Of a DNA stretch of 64,000 nucleotides, positions 49,713 through 59,735 are shown piece after piece (position 1 is the stretch's first letter; each line of letters starts with the position of its first letter). The position numbers were made by a program, and so were the translations under genes. Under the pieces are notes generated by a model. That model was not told where the DNA came from. It did no database searches and saw only the letters and a list, made by a program, of their open reading frames with translations. Origin of the DNA: a candidate division TM6 bacterium GW2011_GWE2_36_25 (lineage in GTDB: Bacteria; Babelota; Babeliae; Babelales; UBA12409); assembly GCA_000991575.1 (NCBI GenBank), contig LBRU01000002.1, positions 79,689 through 143,688 of the forward strand, read 5' to 3'.

Positions 49713-51291
49713 AACATAAACCACCACCGAAGAAAGGCGATTTATTGCATCTGCTGACAAAATCATCCATGCCTGCCGTAAGATAAAAATTGTTAAAAAG
49801 ATAAAGACTATTAATCCATTTTAAATGCGGCCTTCGGTCGCAAACCAAACGATTGCGGCCATATAAATCGTAAAGCTCTAAACTCATGATCCATTTAAAA
49901 ACATCCGAATTAATTGGCAATTTATAATCAACGCCAAAACCAAAGGTATTCTCAAAAGTTCCTGCGCGTAAAGCTACACCACTCTCATAGGCCTTTCCAA
50001 CTTGAAAATCAAACCGTGTGGCATTACGTTTTACACAAACAGAATTCATATTAGGAGCCACTTTTACATTACCATCATCAATGACAATTGTATCAGGATT
50101 AATAACGTTACAACACTTATCAAGATATATATCATTACGATACCAACGATCAGGCCAACCTTTTTCAGACGTAACCATTTGCAAGTTATAAAACCATGAG
50201 GGGGACATATAAAAACGCATATTTAAGTAACCTTTATTATCATGATGACAATAACAATCTGTTGCACGCGTCATTGATTCACCATGCGCATTTACCTCAA
50301 CATGCAAATCATCGATTTTTTTCATATTTTGGCGGAAACTCGTAGTTACTGATTTAATATCGTTATAAACAGTCTCATCATTAATCAATTTTCCCAGCAA
50401 GCCCTGTCCTTGATCAACTTTGTCTGAAACCGATTTTAATGATCCAATACCACTTCGCGCTTCTTTTACCGTTTCTTCAATAGTCGTTGCAGTCTGTTCT
50501 AGTTTCTTTGCAACACTTCCAAAATCACGATCAAAAACATTTGCTATTTTTTCGATGCTTTCTTGAAATGCGGGCAAAACATGTTTATCAAGACGTTCAC
50601 TCAAAAAATCGATGCTCTTTTTAATTTCTGGTACAGCTTGCTTAATATCAGAGGCCACTTGTTTAACATCAGCAACAATCGAATTAATATTCGATTCATT
50701 AAAACCAACCGCCCTACTTAATGCACCAGCCAATGAATTAATGTGCTCAGACGCTTCTGCCAATTGAGTTACCAATGTCTCCAACTTTTGTTGCTGACTC
50801 GTATTTCCAAATGCACCAGAGAAAGACGCGGTCACATCTCGAACATTCTCAGTAATCTGTTTAAATTGTGACAATAATGATTCCATTGAAACAGGGACAA
50901 CGCCAGGACGAGGCAAGAGCGAACCCGGAGGCAACACGGCCAGTTCAGGATTTCCTGTCATGATTTCAAGATATTTTGAACCGAGCAAGCCCTCTTGTCG
51001 AATGAGCGCATAAGCATCACGATGAAGATTATAACGTTTTTTAACCATCATCTGTACCCGTGCTTGCATATCTTTCAGGAGGGTTATTTTCTCAATCCAA
51101 CCAACTTTTACACCAGCAATCTTAACATCAGATTTTTCCGTTACGCCAGAAACATCTTCAAAGTAAACTTCATAAGGCTGATATCTTTTAACGTTAAAGC
51201 GAAAAACACCAAGCTGGATGAACATAAACGCTAAAATGCCCAGAGAGGTGAGAACGAAAATTCCTACCTTTGTCTCAGTCTTAATGTGCAA
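49654..51291 (-). CDS. MCE/MlaD-domain protein (545 aa) with helical middle and beta-rich C-terminal region
   Basis: TTG start with GAGGAA RBS, 11 nt after the gspK stop. N-terminal TM TKVGIFVLTSLGILAFMF. The MCE core is YEVYFEDVSGVTEKSDVKIAGVKVGWIEKI..EGLLGSKYLEI, and the C-terminus is FFGGGLCFTDDDLK. Confidence 0.8.
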   Translation of the reverse strand: MHIKTETKVGIFVLTSLGILAFMFIQLGVFRFNVKRYQPYEVYFEDVSGVTEKSDVKIAGVKVGWIEKITLLKDMQARVQMMVKKRYNLHRDAYALIRQEGLLGSKYLEIMTGNPELAVLPPGSLLPRPGVVPVSMESLLSQFKQITENVRDVTASFSGAFGNTSQQQKLETLVTQLAEASEHINSLAGALSRAVGFNESNINSIVADVKQVASDIKQAVPEIKKSIDFLSERLDKHVLPAFQESIEKIANVFDRDFGSVAKKLEQTATTIEETVKEARSGIGSLKSVSDKVDQGQGLLGKLINDETVYNDIKSVTTSFRQNMKKIDDLHVEVNAHGESMTRATDCYCHHDNKGYLNMRFYMSPSWFYNLQMVTSEKGWPDRWYRNDIYLDKCCNVINPDTIVIDDGNVKVAPNMNSVCVKRNATRFDFQVGKAYESGVALRAGTFENTFGFGVDYKLPINSDVFKWIMSLELYDLYGRNRLVCDRRPHLKWINSLYLFNNFYLTAGMDDFVSRCNKSPFFGGGLCFTDDDLKHVASKIGVFGTH

Positions 51292-51302
51292 ACCTTGTTC
51301 CT

Positions 51303-52406
51303 CTAGTTAATCCAATATGTCTTTATAGGTATAAATAAGACACTTCCATCAGGTTGCAACTGTTTAACTAAAATTGTAAAAACCCCCTGCTTCACGCCAT
51401 CAACAACGCCATAAGAAACAACCGAAAAAGCAGCAGGATCAAAACGAACACTTAACATCAAATCAATTCCTTTAGGAAGTCCTTCAAAATCTTTACCATA
51501 TATTGGTTTTAAAAGTTTATTCCAATCATTTCTCCAATTATGGGAAGATTGAAAATCTTTTACAATTGCAGCGACAGCACCTTCATCCATTTTCTTAGAC
51601 TTCAATCCCAATAATTTCTGCACTGATGCAGAAAGAACCCATGGATCTAGCTTAGCATATCGAGACTGAGGAGTAAAAAGATCCATTAAATAAACGCCGT
51701 CCTTATTTCCATTTGTCAGAAAAACAAATAGTTTATCATTAAAAACCTGAAATCCGGGTGCATCTAATATCTCCGAAATGTCATTTAACCAAATACGGTT
51801 ACGCCGATCAAAAAATTCTAACGCTGATTCATATAAATTTTTATTTGCTTTAACCAATTCACCAATTTTCTGCCAAAGAGCTTTGAACATATTAACACGT
51901 TCTTCGGAAAGGCCTTTTTGAGCCATAAGACTGAGTAAATTATTCAAGTGAATCTTTCCATCTTCACACGCAACATATGTTTTAATTTCACCCTCAACAC
52001 CATCCTTCTCAATCGTCAATTTAGTACTTTGCCAACGATTAAGAATGGGTAATGCTCGGGCCAATAACGCCCCAAGTTCTTTATCACTTTTTTTAGGTTC
52101 GGGTTTCGAAGGTTTCTTCTCTTCTTGTTTTTTTTCTTTTGATTCTTCTGATTTTTCTTTTACTTCGGTTTTTGCAGTCTGCTGGACCTTTTCTTTATTT
52201 TCTTCTTGAGGAGGAAAATAAAAACGCTCGCGCACCAATTGTACACCACTGAGTGCCAACATTTTTGCTTTTTCACGCTTAAGAGCAAAATGTGAATAAG
52301 AAGAAAAATTAAAACTCAAATAATAAATTTGTGTAGAAATAATAATGAGCAAACTCATTATTACTACCGACAAAACTAAAATATAACCATCATGAAGTTT
52401 TTTCAT
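51303..52406 (-). CDS. gspK: type II secretion minor pseudopilin K-like protein
   Basis: It is last in the G-H-I-J-K order. The N-terminus MKKLHDG|YILVLSVVIMSLL lacks Glu+5, as in GspK. The size (367 aa) fits. It contains a K/E-rich insert. Confidence 0.55.
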   Translation of the reverse strand: MKKLHDGYILVLSVVIMSLLIIISTQIYYLSFNFSSYSHFALKREKAKMLALSGVQLVRERFYFPPQEENKEKVQQTAKTEVKEKSEESKEKKQEEKKPSKPEPKKSDKELGALLARALPILNRWQSTKLTIEKDGVEGEIKTYVACEDGKIHLNNLLSLMAQKGLSEERVNMFKALWQKIGELVKANKNLYESALEFFDRRNRIWLNDISEILDAPGFQVFNDKLFVFLTNGNKDGVYLMDLFTPQSRYAKLDPWVLSASVQKLLGLKSKKMDEGAVAAIVKDFQSSHNWRNDWNKLLKPIYGKDFEGLPKGIDLMLSVRFDPAAFSVVSYGVVDGVKQGVFTILVKQLQPDGSVLFIPIKTYWIN

Positions 52407-53473
52407 TTTTTCTGTTCAGCCGTTGGCGCCGGCTGCCCCTTCTGACCTTCTACTTTTGTCTCTTTCTTTTGTGTTTTAACCGGACCCGATTCCTCTTCCT
52501 CTTTCTTTAAACGCTCTTGAACTAATAATGGAACATCCAAAACTTCTTTTGTTGGTGCTCGGTAATTAAATATCGGAATCACAAACTCATATTTTTTATC
52601 AATCGACACAAAAGGATCTGCGTACGTAAGAAAAACTTTTACAAATTCCGGTAAATCTCGAGGAAGCTTTTTTTTCTCCGATTTTTCTTTTTCTTCGGGC
52701 GGCCATTCTGTATAAGACTTTAATGGTCGCGGTTTTTCTTCCTTAATTTCTTCTTTCTGTTCTTTTTTTACTTCAGAAGTTTTTTTATCTGCAGATTTTT
52801 CTTCTTTTTTTTGCGTCGCTTTCTTTTCTTCTTTTTCTTCCGGTGGCTCAGTTGCCAATAACTCTAATCGGAAAGATTTAATGTGATTTAATAAAACAAA
52901 ACCACGCTCTTCTTTTATTGCCCCTAAATTCAACTTTTTAGATTCCTTGCGAATCAATTTGTACTGTCCTTTTTGCAAAGGATCAGACTCTAACGAATAC
53001 GTTACACGAGCAATACGCGGCTTAATCTGCTTATAAACTTCTAGCGGATTACAGGTAATAAATGATACCTGAGAAAGCCTTTCATTTTTCTGCTTACAAA
53101 CAAAAGATCTCTTTACTTGAATATCACCCAAAGTAACCGGCTTCACTTTTTGAGATTGTACTTTTGCAGTCTTTTGCGCACCATCTTTTCCTTGTTCTTG
53201 TTGACGCACCTGTTGCGTACGAACCAGCCCTTCATGTTTCTCTAAAACACGCTTTGCCAACTCTAAATCACCAATAAGTGGAATAAATGCACCAGAAAAA
53301 TCTTTTTCAAGACGATCATAAAAAGAATTTATTTTCATGCCAGTAGAAACAACGCTATCAACACGCGTAAGAAGTCTCATTGATTGATTATAAACCTGAA
53401 AAAGAAGGATCGAAATACCTGCCGTAATAGCCAAAGCAACAATCAATTCAATGAGAGTAAAACCAGACTTCAT
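52403..53473 (-). CDS. gspJ: type II secretion minor pseudopilin J-like protein with K/E-rich insertions
   Basis: Prepilin motif MKSG|FTLIELIVALAI (Glu+5). 4-nt overlaps with both neighbours. 356 aa. Confidence 0.6.
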   Translation of the reverse strand: MKSGFTLIELIVALAITAGISILLFQVYNQSMRLLTRVDSVVSTGMKINSFYDRLEKDFSGAFIPLIGDLELAKRVLEKHEGLVRTQQVRQQEQGKDGAQKTAKVQSQKVKPVTLGDIQVKRSFVCKQKNERLSQVSFITCNPLEVYKQIKPRIARVTYSLESDPLQKGQYKLIRKESKKLNLGAIKEERGFVLLNHIKSFRLELLATEPPEEKEEKKATQKKEEKSADKKTSEVKKEQKEEIKEEKPRPLKSYTEWPPEEKEKSEKKKLPRDLPEFVKVFLTYADPFVSIDKKYEFVIPIFNYRAPTKEVLDVPLLVQERLKKEEEESGPVKTQKKETKVEGQKGQPAPTAEQKK

Positions 53474-53874
53474 GATTTCTCTTTTTTTTGTGGTACTTTA
53501 AACTGTAACAACAGAAGCTTCTCTTCTTCTTTTCTAACCAAACCATCCCATGATGCCTGCGCAATGATATGCTCAAGATTATTTTTCTTTTCTTGAAGCT
53601 TTATATCGAGTGTAATTTTAGTTTGGGGCTCTTTAACCTCTTGAATCTTTTCCACCTCTTTATCATGCTGATCACGAATAACTTCTGGACTATATAAAAC
53701 GTTCTTTAATAACAAAACACGCTCCAATTGAGCGCTATAACGAATATCTTTTTGAAAAGATCCCATTTGCAACAATATAACAGAAACAAAAAAAATACCT
53801 ATAATCGCAATAGCAATTACAGCTTCTATAAGTGAAAAGCCTTTATGGTTTTTGGAATGTATCATAATATTCAA
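53470..53874 (-). CDS. gspI: type II secretion minor pseudopilin I-like protein
   Basis: HKG|FSLIEAVIAIAIIG (Glu+5), 134 aa, positioned between the H-like and J-like genes. Confidence 0.6.
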   Translation of the reverse strand: MNIMIHSKNHKGFSLIEAVIAIAIIGIFFVSVILLQMGSFQKDIRYSAQLERVLLLKNVLYSPEVIRDQHDKEVEKIQEVKEPQTKITLDIKLQEKKNNLEHIIAQASWDGLVRKEEEKLLLLQFKVPQKKEKS

Positions 53875-54382
53875 ACTGAGCGCTAAATGGATTTAAAACT
53901 AATCCAAATTTTTCAGATTCACGTTCTTTTAATTCTTCGCCTTGATCAATAATATTTATTATAACAGTTTGGGCCAAGCCAGAAGGTACAATATAAAAAT
54001 ATGCCGCTCTTACTTTACGAAGCATCTCATCTTTACCTTCTATATAAAAATTCTTGAAAAAATATGTCGAAGGAATCTCCATTTGTGTATCAAGAAATTC
54101 ACTTTTTATAGGAACAAAATCTTTTCCTTCAATATCCTTCTGCTCTTCCAACAAAATTTTTTTATTACGAAAATCAAAATAAACTCGTTGTACTTTTTGT
54201 GAAACAAGTGCTTGTTGCCAAGAAACCTGCATCAAGGCATTTAACTTGGCAACAAACTCTTTAGTACGCAGTTGCGACTCTCTCCCCCTAAATAAAGGAG
54301 CAACCGTAACTGCTAAAATTCCAATAATAGCTATAACAACAATAAGCTCTAACAACGTGAAGCCATAACTATTTTTTTGCAC
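53843..54382 (-). CDS. gspH: type II secretion minor pseudopilin H-like protein
   Basis: MQKNSYG|FTLLELIVVIAIIG (Glu+5), 179 aa. Confidence 0.6.
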   Translation of the reverse strand: MQKNSYGFTLLELIVVIAIIGILAVTVAPLFRGRESQLRTKEFVAKLNALMQVSWQQALVSQKVQRVYFDFRNKKILLEEQKDIEGKDFVPIKSEFLDTQMEIPSTYFFKNFYIEGKDEMLRKVRAAYFYIVPSGLAQTVIINIIDQGEELKERESEKFGLVLNPFSAQFEYYDTFQKP

Positions 54383-54387
54383 AAAAG

Positions 54388-54819
54388 TTACCTAATCTCC
54401 CAAACGTCTATCTTTTTAGGCTTATCAGGATCCCCGTCGGAAAATAGTTCAAATGAACGTTTGCCGCCAGGTGTTCGATTATAATGATATGGGTTGTCCC
54501 ACGCATCCAGAATATTATTACCTTCCAAATTAAGGGTGCTTTCATCAAGATATGGTTCTCGCCACTTTATACCTGCAGGACCAGATGGTTTACGTAAAAG
54601 ATCAATTAAAGCATTTGGAAAAGTACCAACATCAAACTTATAGTCATTTAATGCCTGTCTAATTACTACTAAACCTGATTGAGTTTTACGTTCATTTGCT
54701 CTGCCAATATATTTAAAAATAGGTATCCCAATCGTAACCATCAAAATACCCAAAATCATAATCGCAACAACCAACTCCATCAATGTAAATCCTGCGTCCT
54801 TTTTATTAATAACGAGCAT
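54388..54819 (-). CDS. gspG: type II secretion major pseudopilin
   Basis: KKDAG|FTLMELVVAIMILG plus DAWDNPYHY (compare the GspG pattern DPWGNPY.Y), 143 aa. Confidence 0.85.
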   Translation of the reverse strand: MLVINKKDAGFTLMELVVAIMILGILMVTIGIPIFKYIGRANERKTQSGLVVIRQALNDYKFDVGTFPNALIDLLRKPSGPAGIKWREPYLDESTLNLEGNNILDAWDNPYHYNRTPGGKRSFELFSDGDPDKPKKIDVWEIR

Positions 54820-54840
54820 ATTTTCGACCCTTTCTTTTTT

Positions 54841-56052
54841 TTACATTTCTGCAACAGTCATCATTTTAACCATAGGCATGGCGATAGACAACACAATAAA
54901 ACCAACAACACTTGCCATAAATACTAACATGAATGGTTCTAACAAAGAAGATAATGTATCAGTTAATTCTCTTAAATCTTCTTCATAATTTTTTGCAACG
55001 GTAAGTAACATCTGATCAAGCTGACCACTCTCTTCACCAGTTTTAATAAGATAGGTAGCCATCGGTGGAAAAATTTTTGTCTGTTTTAAGTATTGCGAAA
55101 TTTTTCCTTCTTTTATAATTTTATCCCGTGCTTCACGCAATGCACTCGCAAGCACTTCATTATCAACAATATTGCAAACAATATCGAGAGCTTCAGCCAA
55201 ATTAACACCACTTTCAAGCAAAATGCCTAATGTGCTACAAAACTGCACGGTAGCATTCATGCGCGCAAAATAACCAATAAGTGGCATTTTTAATTTAATT
55301 AAATCAAAAGTACGTTTACCAGTAGACGTACTTTTCCAATATTTAAATAAGACAAACAAAATAAATAAGCCAATTAAGATAAAAAGATAGTAAGATTTAA
55401 TAAAATCACTCAATGCTACCAAAATTTTCGTTGGCAACGGCAAATCAGCTTTTCCTTTTAAAATTCCTGCCATTTTGGGAATAACTGACGTCAGTAGAAA
55501 AATTGAAACTGCAATAACAATAACAATTTGAATAATCGGTTGACGCATTGCTGCTTTAATACGGCGATTCAATGTAGAACGACGCTCTAAATAATCAGTC
55601 AACCGATCAAGAACAATCTCCAAGCGACCACTTGCTTCACCAGCCCGAACCAATTGAACATAAATATTTTCAAAAACACGCGGATAATCTGCAAGTCCTT
55701 GTGCAAGAGATCCACCTTCTTTAATGGTATCCTTTAAATGAATAACAATTCTTTTCATGCGACCATCAAATTGATCAATCAATAATTCAAGCGATTGCAA
55801 AAGTGGAACACCAGATTTAAGTAATGTTGCTAATTGCTTCGTGAATAAAACTTTTTCTTTTGGCGTCACCGCTTTTTCAAATAATTGGCGTAAAGAAAAT
55901 CGAGCCTGCTCCTCTTTTGATTCAGTAACAAATATGGGATATAAACCTTGTTTAACAAGTTGTTCTTTCACTACATACTCAGAAGGCGCGTCAAGTTGTC
56001 CATGCACCTTTTTTCCATCGCGATTTAATGCTTGATATGCATATAATGCCAC
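54841..56052 (-). CDS. gspF: type II secretion / type IV pilus platform protein
   Basis: 403 aa with duplicated GspF/PilC repeats (LATLLKSGVPLLQSLELL and LGILLESGVNLAEALDIV) and three TM segments. Confidence 0.88.
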   Translation of the reverse strand: MALYAYQALNRDGKKVHGQLDAPSEYVVKEQLVKQGLYPIFVTESKEEQARFSLRQLFEKAVTPKEKVLFTKQLATLLKSGVPLLQSLELLIDQFDGRMKRIVIHLKDTIKEGGSLAQGLADYPRVFENIYVQLVRAGEASGRLEIVLDRLTDYLERRSTLNRRIKAAMRQPIIQIVIVIAVSIFLLTSVIPKMAGILKGKADLPLPTKILVALSDFIKSYYLFILIGLFILFVLFKYWKSTSTGKRTFDLIKLKMPLIGYFARMNATVQFCSTLGILLESGVNLAEALDIVCNIVDNEVLASALREARDKIIKEGKISQYLKQTKIFPPMATYLIKTGEESGQLDQMLLTVAKNYEEDLRELTDTLSSLLEPFMLVFMASVVGFIVLSIAMPMVKMMTVAEM

Positions 56053-56163
56053 ATGTTCCTCGCTTAGCTATCGCATCAAGTTTTTTCCCTCATTCCACCT
56101 TTACAATATTATTTTTAGCAGTAAGCTCAAATTGAAATAAGTTTTTTAGTCAAAGGAGAAGGA

Positions 56164-57177
56164 ATGAAAAGATCGTCGCTCCTCCTACTTGTTCTACCCT
56201 TTTTCATACAATTAATCAACTGTAAAGAAGCTTCTCAAAATTTAATCAGTAAAACTCTTAATAATGTAGCAGATATAGAAATTATAACACTTCATAAAGA
56301 TCAAAATGGGGACCCCACCATCGATGAACTTCAAAAAAACATTGTTTTTTCACCATCAGGATTAACATGTTATTTTAAGCATATTTACAATTGTCACAAA
56401 TATACCCAAGAAGCATTGCCCGCTTTACCATTTAAACACTTTGAAGAATTTTTAAGACATGGCATTAACACCAAACAAACAAGAACATATACCAAGGCTG
56501 TCTTTAGGCTTTTTGATAAAAAATTTAAAGCGGTTCCCTATATCAACGCTGATGAACTTATTCCATTTTTACAAAAATTACCGGATCTTCTAGAAAAAGA
56601 CCTTGAACCCGATCAAAATCGCAAATTTTTTGTCAAACGATTAATCCATTTTGAATTAGAACACAATTTTGAAAAACTCAAACAAGATCCAGAACTTTTT
56701 ATTGATAATTTAGCAGAAAAGATCGTTGAATCTGATTTCACCATTGGCAATGAAATCAATCGCAATCAACTCAGATTTAGTATCACGAAACTTATCGATA
56801 CGTGTTTAGGTAAAATAATGTGGAGTCCAACCGACAAAGACATCTGGACAAATTTTATGAATATCGGCAAAGAACTGAACAATCTCAAAGAAAAAGGAAT
56901 CATAAGCGATTCTGATGATCTTGATGATTGCCAATGGACATTAACAACACGTTTCTGCTTCTTCCTTTCTTTAGCTGGTTCAACACTCTCTTTTGAATTT
57001 TACAATCAAGCATGTGAAGAACTAACTAAAGGCGTTCAACATTTAGATATTATTCCCGAACAAGAAGAATTAATTCTTTCAAAAGCCGCTCAAATAAAAG
57101 ATACAATCGTTCAAAATTATGCAACACGAGAAAATGAAAACATTAATTATTATCAACGACAAAAATTAATTAATTAA
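56164..57177 (+). CDS. hypothetical secreted helical protein
   Basis: AAGGAGAAGGA RBS and signal peptide MKRSSLLLLVLPFFIQLINC. No family recognised. Confidence 0.5.
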   Translation: MKRSSLLLLVLPFFIQLINCKEASQNLISKTLNNVADIEIITLHKDQNGDPTIDELQKNIVFSPSGLTCYFKHIYNCHKYTQEALPALPFKHFEEFLRHGINTKQTRTYTKAVFRLFDKKFKAVPYINADELIPFLQKLPDLLEKDLEPDQNRKFFVKRLIHFELEHNFEKLKQDPELFIDNLAEKIVESDFTIGNEINRNQLRFSITKLIDTCLGKIMWSPTDKDIWTNFMNIGKELNNLKEKGIISDSDDLDDCQWTLTTRFCFFLSLAGSTLSFEFYNQACEELTKGVQHLDIIPEQEELILSKAAQIKDTIVQNYATRENENINYYQRQKLIN

Positions 57178-57186
57178 GATTGAAGC

Positions 57187-57240
57187 CACTCAGGATGTCA
57201 GAAGTTTTTTCCCTAATCACTCATCCTGAGTGATTGTTTT
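57187..57240. terminator. nested hairpins between convergent genes
   Basis: An 11-bp stem CACTCAGGATG (57187-97) / CATCCTGAGTG (57222-32), and an alternative 7-bp hairpin TCACTCA/TGAGTGA (57217-33) followed by TTGTTTT. Confidence 0.5.
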
Positions 57241-57449
57241 CAGCTGAACAAACCCGCTTTAATGCGTTTTTCAAGCTCTTTCTTGATCATTTCTACATGA
57301 CTTTTTTCATCTTCTAAAATTTTATTTAACGCATTAATGCTTTCACACTGGGCATCACAAGCATCTTGGCAATAAAATTTTTCTAAACGCCAACAAGTAT
57401 CAAGCTTATTGTGCAATAATTTAATAAGATCATAATTTATATTCTTCAT
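57240..57449 (-). CDS. small helical Cys-containing protein (69 aa)
   Basis: AAGGAG RBS with a helical-bundle-like sequence. Function unknown. Confidence 0.45.
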   Translation of the reverse strand: MKNINYDLIKLLHNKLDTCWRLEKFYCQDACDAQCESINALNKILEDEKSHVEMIKKELEKRIKAGLFS

Positions 57450-57548
57450 AAAAACTCCTTGTCTTTTTAATTCATCGTTATAACATTTATTAAAAAAAAT
57501 AAAAAATTAAATAAAAGATATTTGTTTATTTCTAAAAAAGGAAGAAAA

Positions 57549-58193
57549 ATGATAAAAAAAGGAATCACTATTCCCCTTCAAAATATTAATCTTTATGGCA
57601 ATCTTAATATCCCAGATTCAGCAAATGGTCTCGTTATTTTTGTTCACGGAAGTGGAAGCAGCAGATTCAGTCCACGTAATAATTTTGTAGCTGATGTTAT
57701 CAATAAAGCGGGCTTAGCAACATTACTCTTCGATTTATTAACAGAGCAAGAAGATATTATTGATGAACAAACGCGCCAATTTCGCTTTGATATTCCGCTG
57801 CTTGCAAAAAGACTCATTGAAGTTTCTTATTGGATAACACAACAAGAAAATTTAAAACATTTGAATTTAGGATACTTTGGTTCAAGCACTGGCGCCGCAG
57901 CTGCCTTAATTGGTGCTGCAGAATTACCACAATTAATTAAAGCAGTTGTTTCACGTGGTGGACGAACAGATTTAGCCGATACATTTCTACCCAGGGTAAA
58001 AGCGGCTACTTTATGCATCGTCGGCGCACTGGACGATGTTGTTATTCAAATGAATCAAGAGTCTCTTGCCCAGATAAATGCTAAAAAAGAATTGATCATT
58101 ATTCCCGGTGCAACACATCTATTTGAAGAACCTGGCACACTAGAAAAAGTAGCAAATGAGGCTACCCAGTGGTTTATAAACTATTTGTCTTAA
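57549..58193 (+). CDS. dienelactone-hydrolase-like alpha/beta hydrolase
   Basis: ATG at 57549 follows AAGGAAG. VHGSGSSRFSPRN, nucleophile elbow GYFGSSTGAAAAL, and C-terminal GATHLFEEPG. Confidence 0.7.
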   Translation: MIKKGITIPLQNINLYGNLNIPDSANGLVIFVHGSGSSRFSPRNNFVADVINKAGLATLLFDLLTEQEDIIDEQTRQFRFDIPLLAKRLIEVSYWITQQENLKHLNLGYFGSSTGAAAALIGAAELPQLIKAVVSRGGRTDLADTFLPRVKAATLCIVGALDDVVIQMNQESLAQINAKKELIIIPGATHLFEEPGTLEKVANEATQWFINYLS

Positions 58194-58250
58194 TTGTCAT
58201 CAGGTTTTAAGTCAACGATTCAGACTCAATATTTGGTCATAATAAAAACT

Positions 58251-59720
58251 TTATTTACTTTCATGGTACTCTTTTTCAGCGTTAACCTGCCAAATAAGTG
58301 CTTTATTATCAGAATCCATGAGCATTAAATCAACAACTTTCATCGCAGTAAGCATCGAATGATCTTGATTATTATAACGATGCATCCCATTGCGCCCTAT
58401 TAAAAAAAGATTTTTATAACCATCTAAGAATTTTTGCAATTCATCAAATCTTTCGTAAGAGCCCCAATATCCAGGATATGTTTTTTCCATACGAATAACG
58501 GTAGCATCAATTATTTCTTGAGCAGCAACAAAGCCAATTTTAACCAATTCTGTTTTTGCAAATTCAATCATTTGATCATCTGATTTTGCTGATAACTCAT
58601 CTCCTTCATTGCAAAAATATTCAAGGCCAATCCATGTTGTTTCAACATCAGCAACCATATATGGGCTCCAATTATTAAAAACTTGAATGCGGCCCATTTT
58701 TACATCTGGCTCCTGAATATAAATCCAATTATCTGCAAGATCTAATTTCCTATTGATTAAAATCCCCACCGTTAAAAAATCACGATAAGGCAATTGATCT
58801 GCCAATGATTTAATTTCATCAGAAACAGCCCCTTGTAAGCCATTAATCAGATCTTTAATAGGCATCGTTGAAAAAAGGTAATCGCTTGCAAACCATTTTG
58901 ATGAACCATCAGGCAAAAGCGCTTTTACCCCACTCACAAATTTTTTTTCTGTCTGAATTTCCACAACATCATGCTGAATATAAATCTCTCCCCCCAAAGC
59001 CTTCACTTGCTCTGCAACAGATTCCCACATTTGGCCCGGACCATATTTGGGATATAAAAATTGTGTTATTAATGAACTTTCAACATCTTTTTGTTCGATA
59101 CTTTTTTTTCTAAAAAAACGCATTACAAAATCTATTAAAGCTCTCAATCCTGAAACCCCTTTAACTCGCTGTGCTCCCCAGTCGGCACTCAATTTACAAC
59201 AATCAACACCCCACACTTTTTTTGTATAATCTCTAAAAAATGTTTTATAAAGCTCATCACCAAAACGATTAATATAAAATTGCTCCAAGTTCTCTTCCTT
59301 ACGAAAAGGAAAAACCAAGCGCCATAAATATGTACATCCTATTTTAAATGTCCGCATTAGACCTAAATTTTTAAAAAGATGCCAACTTAAAGAGACAGGG
59401 TAACTAAAATATGAACGATTAAAAAAAATGCGCGACTGACGATTGCGAATTAACAACATACGATCCTTATCAATTGCATCTTTTTCAAGAGGTAAAATCT
59501 GCTGCCACCACCGCATCACGCGATCTGATTTTGAAAAAAAACGATGTCCACCAATATCGATTCGATTTCCTTTATAGTTCACCGTTCGTGAAATGCCCCC
59601 CATATAACTACTTTTTTCAAGAATAATTGGCTGAATATTCGTTCTCATTAATAATTCATATGCAGCAGTCAGCCCAGCAGGACCTGCGCCAATAATTATA
59701 GCTTTTTTTCGTTTCATCAA
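58251..59720 (-). CDS. FAD/NAD(P)-binding oxidoreductase (amine-oxidase/UDP-galactopyranose-mutase-like)
   Basis: [16 protein letters not shown] dinucleotide motif and IGGHRFFSK, 489 aa. Confidence 0.8.
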   Translation of the reverse strand: MMKRKKAIIIGAGPAGLTAAYELLMRTNIQPIILEKSSYMGGISRTVNYKGNRIDIGGHRFFSKSDRVMRWWQQILPLEKDAIDKDRMLLIRNRQSRIFFNRSYFSYPVSLSWHLFKNLGLMRTFKIGCTYLWRLVFPFRKEENLEQFYINRFGDELYKTFFRDYTKKVWGVDCCKLSADWGAQRVKGVSGLRALIDFVMRFFRKKSIEQKDVESSLITQFLYPKYGPGQMWESVAEQVKALGGEIYIQHDVVEIQTEKKFVSGVKALLPDGSSKWFASDYLFSTMPIKDLINGLQGAVSDEIKSLADQLPYRDFLTVGILINRKLDLADNWIYIQEPDVKMGRIQVFNNWSPYMVADVETTWIGLEYFCNEGDELSAKSDDQMIEFAKTELVKIGFVAAQEIIDATVIRMEKTYPGYWGSYERFDELQKFLDGYKNLFLIGRNGMHRYNNQDHSMLTAMKVVDLMLMDSDNKALIWQVNAEKEYHESK

Positions 59721-59735
59721 AACCCTATCTTAATG

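Noticed and set aside
51303-54819. Type IV pilus minor pilin cluster (FimU/PilV/W/X) instead of T2SS pseudopilins
   Set aside because: The GspG-type DAWDNPYHY motif, the G-H-I-J-K size order and the Glu+5-less last member favour T2SS. This remains unconfirmed without HMM scores.
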